Notes under the pieces: generated by a model
Databases searched by the model: none
What the model was told of the DNA's origin: nothing
Seen by the model: the letters and a program-made list of their open reading frames with translations, nothing else
Translations under genes and position numbers: made by a program
Shown: positions 23,601 to 37,500 of the stretch, in pieces
How positions within the stretch are numbered: the first letter of the stretch is position 1
Layout of the letters: every line of letters starts with the position of its first letter
NCBI GenBank assembly: GCA_040954595.2
Contig: CM082590.2
Coordinates: 3,596,001 to 3,660,000 of the forward strand
Direction: 5' to 3'
Origin: Balanoglossus misakiensis
Lineage: Eukaryota > Animalia > Hemichordata
Length of the DNA stretch: 64,000 nucleotides

Positions 23601-26600
23601 CAATACCCTTGTAGCAATAAAATATTTGACGACAATGTGGCTATCAAAATCGCAAAGGTTTTCGTTTTATACATAAGTATGCCCCGACATGGTAGGACTC
23701 TGTGGAGAAATATTTGACGAGTGTTTTGTTTCCAGATCTTATATCACTTGACTATAAATCAACAATGTCAGCGTACCTACACGGCAGCCACAATTAACGC
23801 AATCGAGCCAAACACGCCACTAATCATAATCCCTGCTGTCCTCTTTTACTCCTGTGTTGGGAGAAGCAACTAGAAGGAAATCTCCTTGCTCAAGAACACG
23901 AACACAACTACTGTGGAAAGGTTTGGACACGTCAAAGGATTCCAAGTAGAACATGAGAAATTTCTACTAGGTCAATATGCCGACGATTCATTCTTATTTC
24001 TAGATGGATCACAAAGCTCATTACAGGAAGTGCTTTTAATACTAAAACAATTTTCTTTGATTTCCGGTCTTCGTCCAAATTTTGAGAAAACAAAAGCTAT
24101 TTGGTTTGGTTCGAGAGCATACTGTAATGAACAATTAGAAACTGATTATAATATTCATTGGTCTGACGAACCTTTCACCCTGCTTGGAATTACCTTTGAC
24201 GTCAAATTAGAGAAATACGAAAAACTGAACTATATTCCGGAAATTGATTCAATTAAACGACTTTTGAATATGTGGTCCATGCGGCCACTGACATTGCGTG
24301 GAAAAATATGTGTTGTTAAGACATTGGCAGTACCTAAGCTCATTCATATCATGTCAATACTACCAAAGATGTCGATTTCACTGCTACAACAGTTAAATGA
24401 TGCATTTTCAAGCTTTATTTGGAATAACAGACAAGCAAAAATTAATAGGCTCAGGCTGTGCTGTGATATTCAAAATGGTGGATTGAATATGGTAGATTTG
24501 TCAACATTGGCTGATTCGCTCCATATATCATGGTTATACAGATTGATGGATTTTAAACCGGGACAATGGAAACAATTATTTAATATTACATGTGGGTTCA
24601 GTGGACACTGTTTTCCCTACTTCACTGCGCAAATTGCTAAAAAAGTGGCCTTTACTTACTTTAGTCAAAATGTATTTTGGAAAAACACGCTGATCACGTG
24701 GTTTCCCATAAATAAAGAAATCCAGGCCAGAGGGTCAATTTCAGAGTGCCTCTGGGCAAATCCAAATGTTTTAATCGGTGATAAAATAGTGCATTATCTA
24801 ACCTGGCACCAACAGGGTATTTGTAACTTCAAAGACCTTTTAGATGAAAAACATTGTATAATGGACTTTAAAGATCTCAGGAAAAAAATTGATCTGCCCA
24901 ACTCTGAAGTGTTTAAGTATATGTGTCTCATTGACGCCATACCGAGACAGTGCTGAAAAGAACCCAAATCAATTAAATAACAACCAACTGTTCATATCAG
25001 GAAAAGTTTGTAGGCAAGTTTATTTAAACCTTTTTCAAAATTGTACAATGAAAAGAGCAAAATCTCAAAGCAGCACAACGAAATGGATAGAGGAATTCAA
25101 TCTGAATGAAGGGCTAACAAAATTCTTTCCACTTATTTTCAAAATCACAGATGACACAGCACTGCAAAGTTTCCAGTATAAAATATTAACTCGAATCATA
25201 GATACAAATAGATTTCTAAGAATAAGAAATGTAATTGATTCAGACAAATGTACTTTCTGTCATCTTTGGACTGAAGACATAATTCATCTTTTCTTTGAAT
25301 GTGAATATGTCCTACAATTCTGGGGAGATATTGAATTAGTTCTTCTTCGAAATTGTAATATTCAACTTACTCTATCACCAGAGAATGTAATTTTGGGAAA
25401 GATCAAGGAAGACAACTTTTCACTTGTCAATTTGGTCATTCTTTTAGGTAAGAAACATATATACGAATGTAAGAAACAACACAAAATACCAAATATACAA
25501 TATTTTATGAAATGGGTACAACAAAAAATTGAAATTGAAAAATGTAAAATGAAATTAATAGAATTTTACAAAATGAACCCTGGTCCCAAATGGAAAAAAA
25601 AAAAAAAAAAAAAAAGGTTTGGACCCGCGATTCTTTGATTGGAGAGCCCAATCTTAAGCTGAAGTTGGTCCTCTGCCATTAGGGAAGTCACATGAGCAAT
25701 ATCTGTGTCGTTATCAAAGTAGGAAGGAATTTCGTTTCGTTCACGTGTTAGGGAGGTGTCAGCTTTAACATGGATGGTGTTGTCCCTGGAATATGCTTTT
25801 GATGAAAATGTCAGCGTACAAACATTGAAGTGACATTGAGGCTGATAAAAACAACAACAGTGAAACAGTGTCCAACAGAATCCGTGATAAATTTCGTCCA
25901 ACACACTCAATACAGGTTTCATATTCCACATTTGAAACAAATTTTGACAATTTTTACTGAGAAGGAAACATGAGGGGAAAGAAGCAAGTGCGGTTCATCA
26001 GTTATTGTGCCGTAAAATTAACCCAGCGCCAGGCTTTGAGTCTATTGACACCATTTGGTGTGACCATGAAGTAACGTCAAAATCATTGTGAAGTTTTACA
26101 AAGTTTGCATAACGAGGAAATCCTAGAATAACACTGCCCGACCATTGCTCACTGATTCAACAGCTTCAGTAGTATTCAATAATGCATCATCTAAAGGTTC
26201 CTGTTCTCAAGACGTTGAAATTTGCTTTAGACACAATTTTGGATTCAGTTTCTGGTTCAAGAAAGTAAATGTTATCAATTTTAACTCTATAAACAGTCTT
26301 TAGATTAATGGAATAATATTAAATATGCCCCATCGAAAAAAATTTGGAGCATTTTACTAATTTCTCTTGTCAAAAGCCACCGATCTTACCGATTTATGAA
26401 AACAAACCACGGTAATAAAATGACCATTCCCCACTGGTGTACACGTGGTTTTGATGTCTAAAGCTACAATGTTGTCTACAACTTCACCGCCATTGAATGA
26501 AAACAAAACAAGAATCAATGTTATCAAATTTAACTCTGACACCGTGATTAGGTCAATAGAAAAATATTAAATAGGCCCGACCGACAAATATTTGGAGCAT

Positions 26601-28500
26601 ATCACAAATTTCTAAAGTGTCAAAAGTTACCGAATTACCCATTTATGAAAAAAAAACACGGTAATAAAATGACAAAACCCTGCAGGTATATACTGTACAC
26701 GTGGTTTGGATGTTTAAAGCTATATTGTCTCCAACTTCAACGCTATTGAATAGATACAAAACAAAAATCATTTCCACACAGTCAGCCAGTATGTTGGGAG
26801 TCAGAATAATCTTATGTACTTTCACGGCCAATGACCATCCACCTGATGTACCCGACAATATCAACGGAAAAAGGGGTGATAAACGTTGGAATTTCGCGAA
26901 TGTACGTGAATATTTCCAGAAAGAGACAAAATTCTTGCCTAACTTAAACAGGAAGAGTCAGTTATGTCCACAATGCATATTAAAAAGTCGCCCCGGACCG
27001 CCATATTTAAATCAAATTTCGGGCAAAATCCTCAACATATCAAATCCCTCGTCAGAAGAGAGAAAAGGGAGTTGAGCTTAATACTACAGCTAAAGACCAC
27101 ACTACCCAGACAGTTCCACTGTGGTCACAGTTTCCACTAAATGACAGGAAATCACCAAACGAAATTAGTAATGTTTCCACTCTCCCCAGAAATTCTCGGC
27201 CAGCGACTGTATAGACAGGAGAATAAAGCAAAGGTGACGTGTAGCCCCACGCTTCACTGTGTAAACCGCGCCAGGGATCTACCTCACCGTTTACAGAAAG
27301 TACTCGCGATGCAAACTTATCACAACAATGAACCGCTGCTGCTTCACCCTAAACTTACGCGATTCTCAAATTACTTCCTTGTCAATATCGTCAAAATCAA
27401 AACACATCCCTTTGTTATCAGACATGTTAGGCATATTTTTCAAAATAACTTCAACGGGTGCAGGTGGGAAGAATGCAAATTGAGCATACGGTCCGACCCC
27501 AATATTTTTTTTTCTAATCATCAAACGTTTCTGCGCCACACACACTACACACGCACATACTAACACACACAATATCTTTAAACGAAAACTTGTCCCCCAA
27601 AGTAAAGCCACCAAAACAACTCAATCTATAACGCCTACATCACCTTGTGCAATGAGGCCGGTTCTAACTTACCTTGTTTTGTATGTTGACAGAGCATTTG
27701 GCTTTCAGTAATAACAGTGCTGCTCCTTCCTGACCCAACTTTGCTGCAAGATGTATAGGTGCGTCACCAAGCTGTAAAATACAAAGACATATCAAACATC
27801 AACACTGCAGTACTAGTTAATGAATGTGGCATTCTTATGAATCATAATAAGCAATCCGGTACTTTTTCGGGGCTTTATTTTGAAGATTTACGTAATGATG
27901 CACATTAAATAGAAAACTGTTGAGTTTGTTATTTATTATTACAATACCTTTCATATCACTAGTGATACACTTTTCAAGGGGGACACCGTGACAGTTGTTA
28001 TGATTAATGGTTTATGTGTACAACAACCTTTACATCAGAGAAGCAATATTGTTTCCGATGGGTTGTTGAGAATGTTGCTACATAAATTCGCCTTATGTGC
28101 AAATGCCGGATATTTCACCACTTTGGGGAAAAGTGTCCTGCGGCATAATCAGTCTATAATGGTATTGGACCGTAAGATAAATCTTAGGATTTTAGCCTTC
28201 CCAAACGAAAGTTTCTTTTGATGTGGCCATTTCTAATGTCAAAGTCGAATATCTCAGTATCCCTTTACGAAAATATTTCAGTGCCTATGATGACATATTT
28301 CAATCGATCTGTCGTTGATGGGGTGTTTTTACAGGACCTTGAAGGATTTAGCCTGGAGCAGGGCACCTCGATTCAACCATTCACTTTATTGTACTCAGGA
28401 GTGACGCTGGGCGACCATACAACGTTGGGCGATCTCCTTTAAAAGTTATTTACAACATCGACAAACAACAGCAAGGAATGCTTCATTGTGTTTTAAAAAT

Positions 28501-28535
<35 letters not shown>

Positions 28536-31500
28536 TTCATCAACAACAACAACAACAAACAAACAATCACACTCCACTGTAAGTTTACAGCGATGCATGT
28601 ACAGATATTACATGACTGCGATCGCCATGCAACCACAGGTAACTATTACGCGAGTGGCACTGTGTGCACACTCAAATCTCTCTATTTTGAGATAATCCGA
28701 ACTGATATTTGGTGTCAATTCAAATACGCGAAATCGAACATTATAAGAGGTTGTTAAACGAAGTGAAATGTGAGATGGCCTTCACGAGTACCACTGCTTT
28801 AACCCACGGACTGTACTGCTCAGATCCGTCTGCACCGAAAATGATATTCTTATACACAAAACAAACAGATGGAACACACAGTAGCTATTTCTACAATGAA
28901 ATGCTATGTGTTAAATCATTTCTATACATGTGAAAACTGTTTCATCACGTTTTATGAACGGAGGGATCTTCACAAATCTACTGTATGCAAACCACGCCTC
29001 TGGTTGGAATTTACTTGAGTATTGGAATGTGACAGTCGGGACAATTTTCAGTGTTTTCTTGTGTTAAACTTTAAGTTCTCGTGGGGCTGAGACTGACATA
29101 AGACGGCATTACGATAGTGATAGTACGAGCACGAGCATCATTTTGTCAGTAGGACTGCCGCTTGTAGTGAGGGCGGCGTAACCAAAATTTTCATATCGAG
29201 TGGCTCAGATGGGCGTTTATGTGTAATAGACAAATTCCGATAGAGAGCCACTAAATATCTGTTAACGTTAAATGGTGGCCATGGCAACTATTTTAAAACT
29301 AGTTTAATTATACAGTAGTAAAAAGCGTTAGCGTTACGTCCAAAAGAAGTCGACCACTTCCCCATTGTTAGTTTGCGTTCCATGCGTTACACGGCCTCCA
29401 CCGGTCGCCTACCGCCGGGAACTCACAGACCTGTACGCAGGGCTAGGAACACACATTCATGTACGCACAGAAACATACGCCACAACCCAACACAGAACTC
29501 AGCACTCGGCATGAACTGAAATAGGCGAATGCTCAAGCAAAGCCAGAGTTATGACCGCATGTACATGTAGACTCATACACGGCCGCCAAGCAGAAAATTC
29601 GTTTCTGGATTTTAACAAATAACATCGGAGGAGGCAAGTGACAGGCAAACATCAGGAAACAGATTATTTCTCATGGAACGCGGATACGGTTTGATTTAAA
29701 TATTACCTACACGTGGTGGGAAAGTATTTAATATAAAATCGAATATATTTAATATAACGCATGGTGACAGCAAGCCAAGTTCTGACAGGAACATTGCGAT
29801 ATTATTGGTGAACTTGTAGGGCTTCCTTGCAGCCAGCAATGCGCGGAATTAGCATATCCTCCGGCGGAACAGCTGCATTTCCACAACTACTGAACCCAGC
29901 TCTGAAAAGGTTGGATTTTCAGAAATTTGCACTTACTTTCATTCCATTCTTCGTACAACGGAAGATGTGGAACATGTTTTGCTTTACAAAAATCTACGCT
30001 TTTCACTAGCTCCCCCCTTCATTTGCATAATACGCCCTTTTCGGTAAAAACAAACTGTACCAGGAAACGCCTACACTAGATAATTTCATGTCTTCGTACA
30101 AACACAGATAAATAAACTGTCAGGTTTAATCCCCCGGAAATTTTTCCTTGCCTCAATGCAAAGTACACAATGATTTTTCAAGACATCGACCAACCGCGTT
30201 ATGGCAAGTGTCCACGGCTGTTTAGCCAACATCGCGAAACTTATTATAGGCTTATATTGAGCATTTGTGAACAGATAAACAGTTAGGTGTAGGTCACACT
30301 ATACATGTATAGTGGCTTAGTTGATATACTTGTGTCAACAATGGCGCGATTCAAGCGCCTGTACTACCTGTTGCAGTCACCTCTACAACAAGCTGACTGA
30401 CTAAAATACTTGGAATCGGACAACAGTGTGATAAGGTTTATCAGCGGAATATAACCGGCGTGCCAAGCTCAATGCAATGCAGGGCCGTGTTAACGCAGAT
30501 TTGAGTCTTAGCAAGGCTGGCTTCTCTAGCTTGAGTGGTCGTCGCGTCGAGCGCTCTGCATGGAAGATTCACGTTCCCCATACCAGCGCAAACCCCACTG
30601 CACTCGCTACGACCTACTAGGATCTACAGTTGCTGTCATGCCCAGTCTATGCTAAAGGGAAGGGTTCGTCGCGCCGCGTGGGTGTCCCCCCTTGATGAGA
30701 ATATGTCCTCCCATACCAGCACAAACCTCACTGCAGTCGCCACGACCTACTAGGATCTTCAGTTGCTGTCATGCCCAGTCTACGCTAAAGGGAAGGGTTC
30801 GTCGCGCCGCGTGGGTGTCCCCCCTTGATGAGAATATGTCCTCCCATACCAGCACAAACCTCACTGCAGTCGCCAGGACCTACTAGGATCTTCAGTTGCT
30901 GTCATGCCCAATCTACGCTACAGTGGGTTGCTTTGTGCATACAAAAAATAATTCTAAAAATAGAATTTCAGGGATTTGTGGCAAATATTTTTCCAACAAA
31001 CAATGCACACAAGCGCAGCGCGATGAGAGCTTCCGTTTTATAACCAGTTTTTTTATTTTAATGCGGTGTGGCAGGCAATATAATTATTGGTCAGAACTGG
31101 AATAGAAGATTTCTTTCATGCTTTTATCAGTAGAAGGGTCTCTCATTTATTTTACTTATATTACAATACACAGTTATATTAACAATAATATAAATCTGCT
31201 GATCTTAACCTCACATTCAACACAATAAACAACACTCTTTGCTCATTCAATAAAAAAACATTACTTCTTGCTCTGAATGATTGATTTCTTTTTTAAAATC
31301 ATGCTGCAACAATCCATAATTAACGAGACAGGCTGTCATTTTTAAAATAGGTTGTAAAGTCCGGGTCGTTGGGAATAAGGCAGAGGAATAGTCGTTAACT
31401 ATAGTTTTATTTACCTATGTTCAAAAATGTGTGTTATTGATAACAAAACGTGTCCACTGATGTATGAGTGCAGAATATAATGAGTGTCATTACAGTAACT

Positions 31501-34500
31501 TACATTATTCTTCACATCGATGCTGGCACTGGATTGCAGTAGAAGTGTCACCACGCCACCATGGCCATTGGCTGCTGCATTGTGTAACGGTGCCCAATCA
31601 TTCTGTGGGAATACAACAAAAATGCGTCACTGAGCATCCCTGACTATAACCTTCAACTGGAACACGCAATGTTTCATTAAGCATGCACTGTAACACACAT
31701 TCTGAACCATTCATTTTTGAGATGGCACAACATGTTTTGCCGACACTTTTTTTTTTTTTTTTTGGGGGGGGGGGGATAAATTAATAGTAGGATACATCCC
31801 AGACCCCCACGTAATGGACATGAATGCATTATGTGGTGATAGGGCAGTGTAAAAACACATTACTTCTTGCTCTGAATGATTGATTTCTTTTTTAAAATCA
31901 TGCTGCAACAATCTATAATTAACGAGACAGCCTGTCATTGTTAAAATAGGTTTTAAAGTCAGGGTCGTTGGGAATAAGGCAGAGGAATAGTCGTTAACCT
32001 TTTTTTATATTTACCTATGTTCAAAAATGTGTGTTATTGATAACAAAACGTGTCCACTGATGTATGATTGTAGAATAGAATTGGTGTGATCTCAGTAACT
32101 TACATTATCCTTCACATCGATGCTGGCATTGGATTGCAGTAGAAGTCTCACCATGTCACCATTGCCATACCGTGCTGCATAGTGTAACGGTGCCTGACCA
32201 CCCTGTGGGAAATACAACAAAAATGTGTCACTGAAAATCCCTGACTATAACCTTCAAATGGAACACGCAATGTTTCATTAAGCATGCACTGTTACACACA
32301 TTCTGAACCATTCATTTTTGAGATGGCACAACATGTTTTGCCGACACTTTTTTTGGGGGGGGGGGGATAAATTAATAGTAGGATACATCCCAGACCCCCA
32401 CGTAATGGACATGAATGCATTATGTGGTGATAGGGCAGTGTCCTTTGAGGGTACATTAACATCACAGGTATTCTTTTACTTGAGATTTATGATACACGCG
32501 TGTGTTGTTTTCATTGAAGATGTACAATACTTCGAAGTGACAATGATCTAAATATTACAAAAGCCTAGACATCAAGGTAAGACATTTCGGAACCACTATT
32601 GACACTGGAAATCCCTGACTATAACCGTCAAAAGTAAACATGCAATGTCTCATTAAGCATGCACTGTCACACACATTCTGAACATTCATTTTTGAGATGG
32701 CACAACATGTTTTGCCGAAACTTTGTTGTTGTTATTGTTGTTGTTTTTTTTTGGGGGGGGGATAAATTAATAGTAGGATACATCCCAGTCCCCCACGCAA
32801 TGGACATGAATGCATTATGTGGTGATAGGGCTCTGTCCTTTGAGGGTACATTAACATCACACATATTCTTTTACTTGAGATTTATGATACGCGCGTGTGT
32901 TGTTTTCATTTGAAGATACCCTCTATACAAAACCTCAAACTGACAATGATCTAAATTTTATAAAAGATTATAGACAGCAGTTTCATTAGGCATATCCCTT
33001 AAAAGAGCATTGGAGAAATATGCGGAACCACTATTAGCATTCAAATGATTATGGTGGACATCAGCCAGACAACTTTTTTTAGTCTCGCCAGCCAGACCTC
33101 TCTCTCTGTCATTCGACGGCATAGCCACACGAAGTGCGCCACGTGCAGCGAGGCAGGGAGAATTGAGCGTCAAAGACGGCCTCGCCGCTTGAGGCGCACT
33201 TCATGTGCCTGGTCGCGGGGTCGACTGAAAGCGAGGTCTCGCCAGCGAGAAGAACATTTCTTTAGACTGAGTCAGTTTTGTAATGGTTCAGATGACGGTT
33301 TATGAAGGAACTCAACTTTGTATCAGGGTTAAACGTTTACTTTCAAGTCTAACAGCATGTGCTGAGTTGTCTGCTATCATCGTTATTACGTATCAGTAAA
33401 ATAGTGCAATTACGTGTAGTTTTGTAAGAACAATCTAAATTTCCGCCGTGAGAGAGATGTGTTTGAGGGTTTGTTTACCTGCGAATTCATCAATTTTTTT
33501 TAACATTCAGTTAATCCAATTTCTCTCGCTCTGTTGACGCATAAGCCTCACAAAAATTTGGCTATGTTTTATTCTCTTTTTTTCTAGTGAGTTTGAGACA
33601 ATGTCTCTGTTATTCTTTGGTGAACCAGTCGTCTTCTTCTTGGTGCTTGCCTATACGCGTTGCACTGTTGTTTATGTAGCAATTTAAGATGTCACTAGTC
33701 AAAACGGATTATGCAATACAAAGAATAGAACATATATTTCCATGGATAACGACCTAGTTATGTTTAATCTCTTCCATTGTGTTTGGAATATGTTGAATGT
33801 TTCAACAACAGAGTTAAACCATGTTAGAGGAATTATCAGTTTGGACTTCATTGCTGAAAACCTAGTCTTTCTCAAACAGTATGAATTATGCAGCAACTGA
33901 TATGTGGGTGCAGAAGTCTTGATAGGTGAAACGTTTGAGGGATCTCAGCAAATCTGACATTCTATCAGAGACTGAATTTCTTTTTGGTTGCAAGTTTTTT
34001 TTCTATTAACCCACTGATGTACCTCAGCTTACAAGTCGCCCAAAATAGTTGGGTTTGATATGTAAAGTCGTTGTGTCCGTGTCAATTGAAATATCAAGAA
34101 ATATCATGCAAGGGGTGGAGGGAACAGCGTTCAGCCGTCTCGATGGACTCTTGCACGCTCAAATGACGGATGCAACGCACCGAGTGTGTATTGTGTTGAA
34201 AACTGCATCTGCTGGCTCTGAACCTTTAGCCCAACCAAAGTCATCTAAGTAATTAATGCATCGGTACATACAAACATACGACAAACCCAACACAGAACCC
34301 AGCACTCGGCATGAACTGAAAGCAGCAAATGCTGCAGTGAAGCCAGAGTTATGACCGTATGTACATGTAGACTCATACACATCTGAATGTCAAGTTTGCA
34401 TTGGCTTTATGGCTGCCAAACAGAAAGTTTGTTTCAGGGTTTTGACAAATATCTTTGGAGTAGGCAAGTGGCAGGCGCACATCAGGAAACAAATAATATC

Positions 34501-37500
34501 TCATGAAACGCAAGGATGGTGTGATTTTCACTATTACCTACACAGTCATCAATTTCGACAACATGTGGTGGGAAAGAACTAGTATTTAAAATAAAATTAG
34601 ATGTGACCACGGCAACACGTGGCAAAGGCTAGCCAAAGTCTGACAGGAACATTGCTATCGTACTGTTGAACTTGTAGGGCTTCCCAACAGCCAACAATCT
34701 GGACTTATCAACTGAAGACATAGCTGTAGAAACGCAGCTGTTCTGCCGGGGGGGGGGGGGGGGGGGAGATGCGGGGAATTAGTTAATCCCCCCGATGGAA
34801 CAGCTGCATTTCCAAAGCTACTGAAGATCCAACTCCGAAAAAGTTGGATTTTCAGAAATTTAATTCCACTTTCATCGTGCAACGGAAGATTCAGAATGTG
34901 TTTTGCTTTCCAAACATCTACGCTGGACGCCTATTTTTGTAATACGCTCTTTACGGTAACAATTAACTTTACCCTGAAACGCCTACACTAGATGATTTCA
35001 TGTATTCGTACAAACACAGAGAAATAAACTGCCAGGTTTAATCCCCCTGAAATTTTTCCTTGCCTCAATGCAAAGTACAGAATAAATTTTCAAGACATCG
35101 ACCGACCTAGTTATGGCAAGTGTCCACGGCTGTTTAGCCAACATCGCAAAAATTATTATAGATTTATATTGAGGATTTGTGAACAGATAAACTGTTAGGC
35201 ATGGGTCACACTATATATGGCTCACTCGATATACTCAAAAGTGAATTCGATCGTCTAAAAATATATAAGAATTCCACATAGCCACGGACCAAAAACTAAC
35301 CTCAAACTCTTTCATACTCTGCATAATATTAGTATATATGTGTGTCGGTTTGTTGCAGGAACATTAGTTACGGGATTGACATCCCGAAGGTCGTCAATAC
35401 TACAAAATATAAGTACAGTGTCATCTTTTTGGCCGTTCGGGCTATTGGTGAGTGAGCATGTAAAGCCACTTACCTCATCTTTAGCATTGATGTCAGCTCC
35501 ATGGTCGATCAACACTTGTGCCGCTTTCAGTTTATTTCCCCGGGATGCTGCATGCAATGCTGTGGATTCATCCTGAAATTGACAAATTCATTTGAATTAA
35601 AATGAACATAAGCTATGTTCCAATGTTGGACTTGTAAGGTGACATGGCTACAATTTCACTGGAATCGATTTGTAACTGTAAGTGTTGACTGTGTTGAGTT
35701 AAATGTGTGTATCATCTATAGTTGTTTCAGACCAAAACACTATTGTTTCAGAGAACATTTTATAACGTGTCCTATAGATTTTTCTAACAAGTGTAACACT
35801 ATAAAATTCTAATATAATGTAGCGCACTAAACATGTTTCTGTACACTCATAGGTGCAACAGGTCTTAATATCATTTCGTAAATTACATGGATATGTTGAT
35901 AATTTCAATCACACCAAGTACTCTAACAGATAAACATGGCGGACGTGATAAACCCGACACATATAATCCCTCGTTTTTCTCTGTTGGTGTAAGTTGAAGT
36001 CTGACCCGCTATGAACCCAACATTGGCATGGGACATCTTGAAATTTTCAATCACACTAAGTACTCTAAAATAGACACAAGACGGACGTGATACACCCGAC
36101 ACACACAATCCCCTGTTTCTCTGTTGATGTAAGTAAAAATTTAGGTGTAGCCTGCTAGAACCCAACGTTGGTACGTACGGTACAATGTTATAATTATTTA
36201 ATGTTGCTAGGAAACATCAGAAAAATAATTGTCTTAACCAGTCTGGACATTTCTCTCAAATTTGTCTTAAAAAAAAAAAAAAAGCGTTTGTAGTATCCAT
36301 TGAATGGAACTGAAATCACATATGTCTTGTTCACTGAATTTAACAAAAAATATAAAAGGAAAATTGCGGTCGCGAAAATTAGTGTGAAAGTGGAGATCAC
36401 TAAACAAGTTGAATTCGCCCTTGTAATAAACTTAAGAACTTTGTTGAATTTATGTGACCAATCTCATCAGATGTACAGTTAGGCGTTGTCTTTACCTATG
36501 GTGATCATTTTGGCTGTTCTGTTCTCTGTCTTGGCCGTTCTCGGGTGGACGGTCCCTTTCCGAACAGAAAAGCCAAGAATCAGCATATTAAAGACACTGC
36601 CTAACTCTACATCAAGTTTTAACCAGATAGTTATGTGACAATATGAGATGGTCTCCAAGTTGACAATGGCACATAATGCATGGGGCACATGCAATCACTA
36701 GCTTCCTTCACAAATAAAGATTTCGTCCAAATGGCAACTCTTCAGCCCACAATGCCACAGATTCTACATATTCTTCAGGTGTCCAAAATGAAGCATTTTA
36801 GCCCGGCCTTGTCATGATTCTGATATTCTCCCTGTAGACAAGCACTATATCCTTACTCAGGCATTGTTCTATGTCCATCGAGGTACAGTAACACAGTCAT
36901 CTCCACAAATGTGTGTTTATTCACACAAGTAATTTATACAACAGAGATATCCATCGAAGAGACAGAGGAAATAAATATTACAATTAATCAACAGCTGACC
37001 AACCTCAAAGATTCAAATCACGCCTGAAGAATACACTTGTAGTACAAATACCACAGACTAAAGAAATCCGCACTGTTTGTTTATAGGGCAATCAATTCAA
37101 TGGCACTCTTTTTCAAGACCATATTCACCTGAATTCCGGATTGACTTACGACGCGGTATTTTAAGTCTCTACGTTATGTCGGTTTTGGGGTTGTAATTCT
37201 TTTTAAACACTTTCATTTTTATGATATTTGTATCCATCTAGACTTGTCATCAACCGCACCACAGACTGTTACTGGTCACTATATACGGATACTTGGACAT
37301 TACAGCGAATACTATGTTCTTATTCGTCTCAGTTTCAAATTTTCTTTCTAATTGATATAAGAGAAACAAATGAGGAAACAAGCTTTATTTTCTGACAAAA
37401 TTTAGCTATTTCAAATGCATTAAGTTGGTATATCTAAAACATGAAAGGTTTGCGTTCATCAATAAAGGCAGGGTCAAATCTTCTGCCGCTTCAGATTCGT

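Larger units (their letters stand above)
31252..32440. repeat. Tandem duplication of a ~600-bp intron-exon-intron unit, each copy carrying one ankyrin exon
   Basis: Units ~31252-31850 and ~31851-32440; the exons are exactly 600 bp apart. A further exon-less copy of the 32231-32555 segment lies at ~32604-32957. Confidence 0.95.

Noticed and set aside
27040-27640. ORFs of 82-140 aa in intron 6
   Set aside because: No domain motif and no compatible splice sites; interrupted by stops.
30478-30920. rRNA or other structural RNA fragment
   Set aside because: GC-rich, but no conserved rRNA, tRNA or snRNA motif was recognised on either strand.
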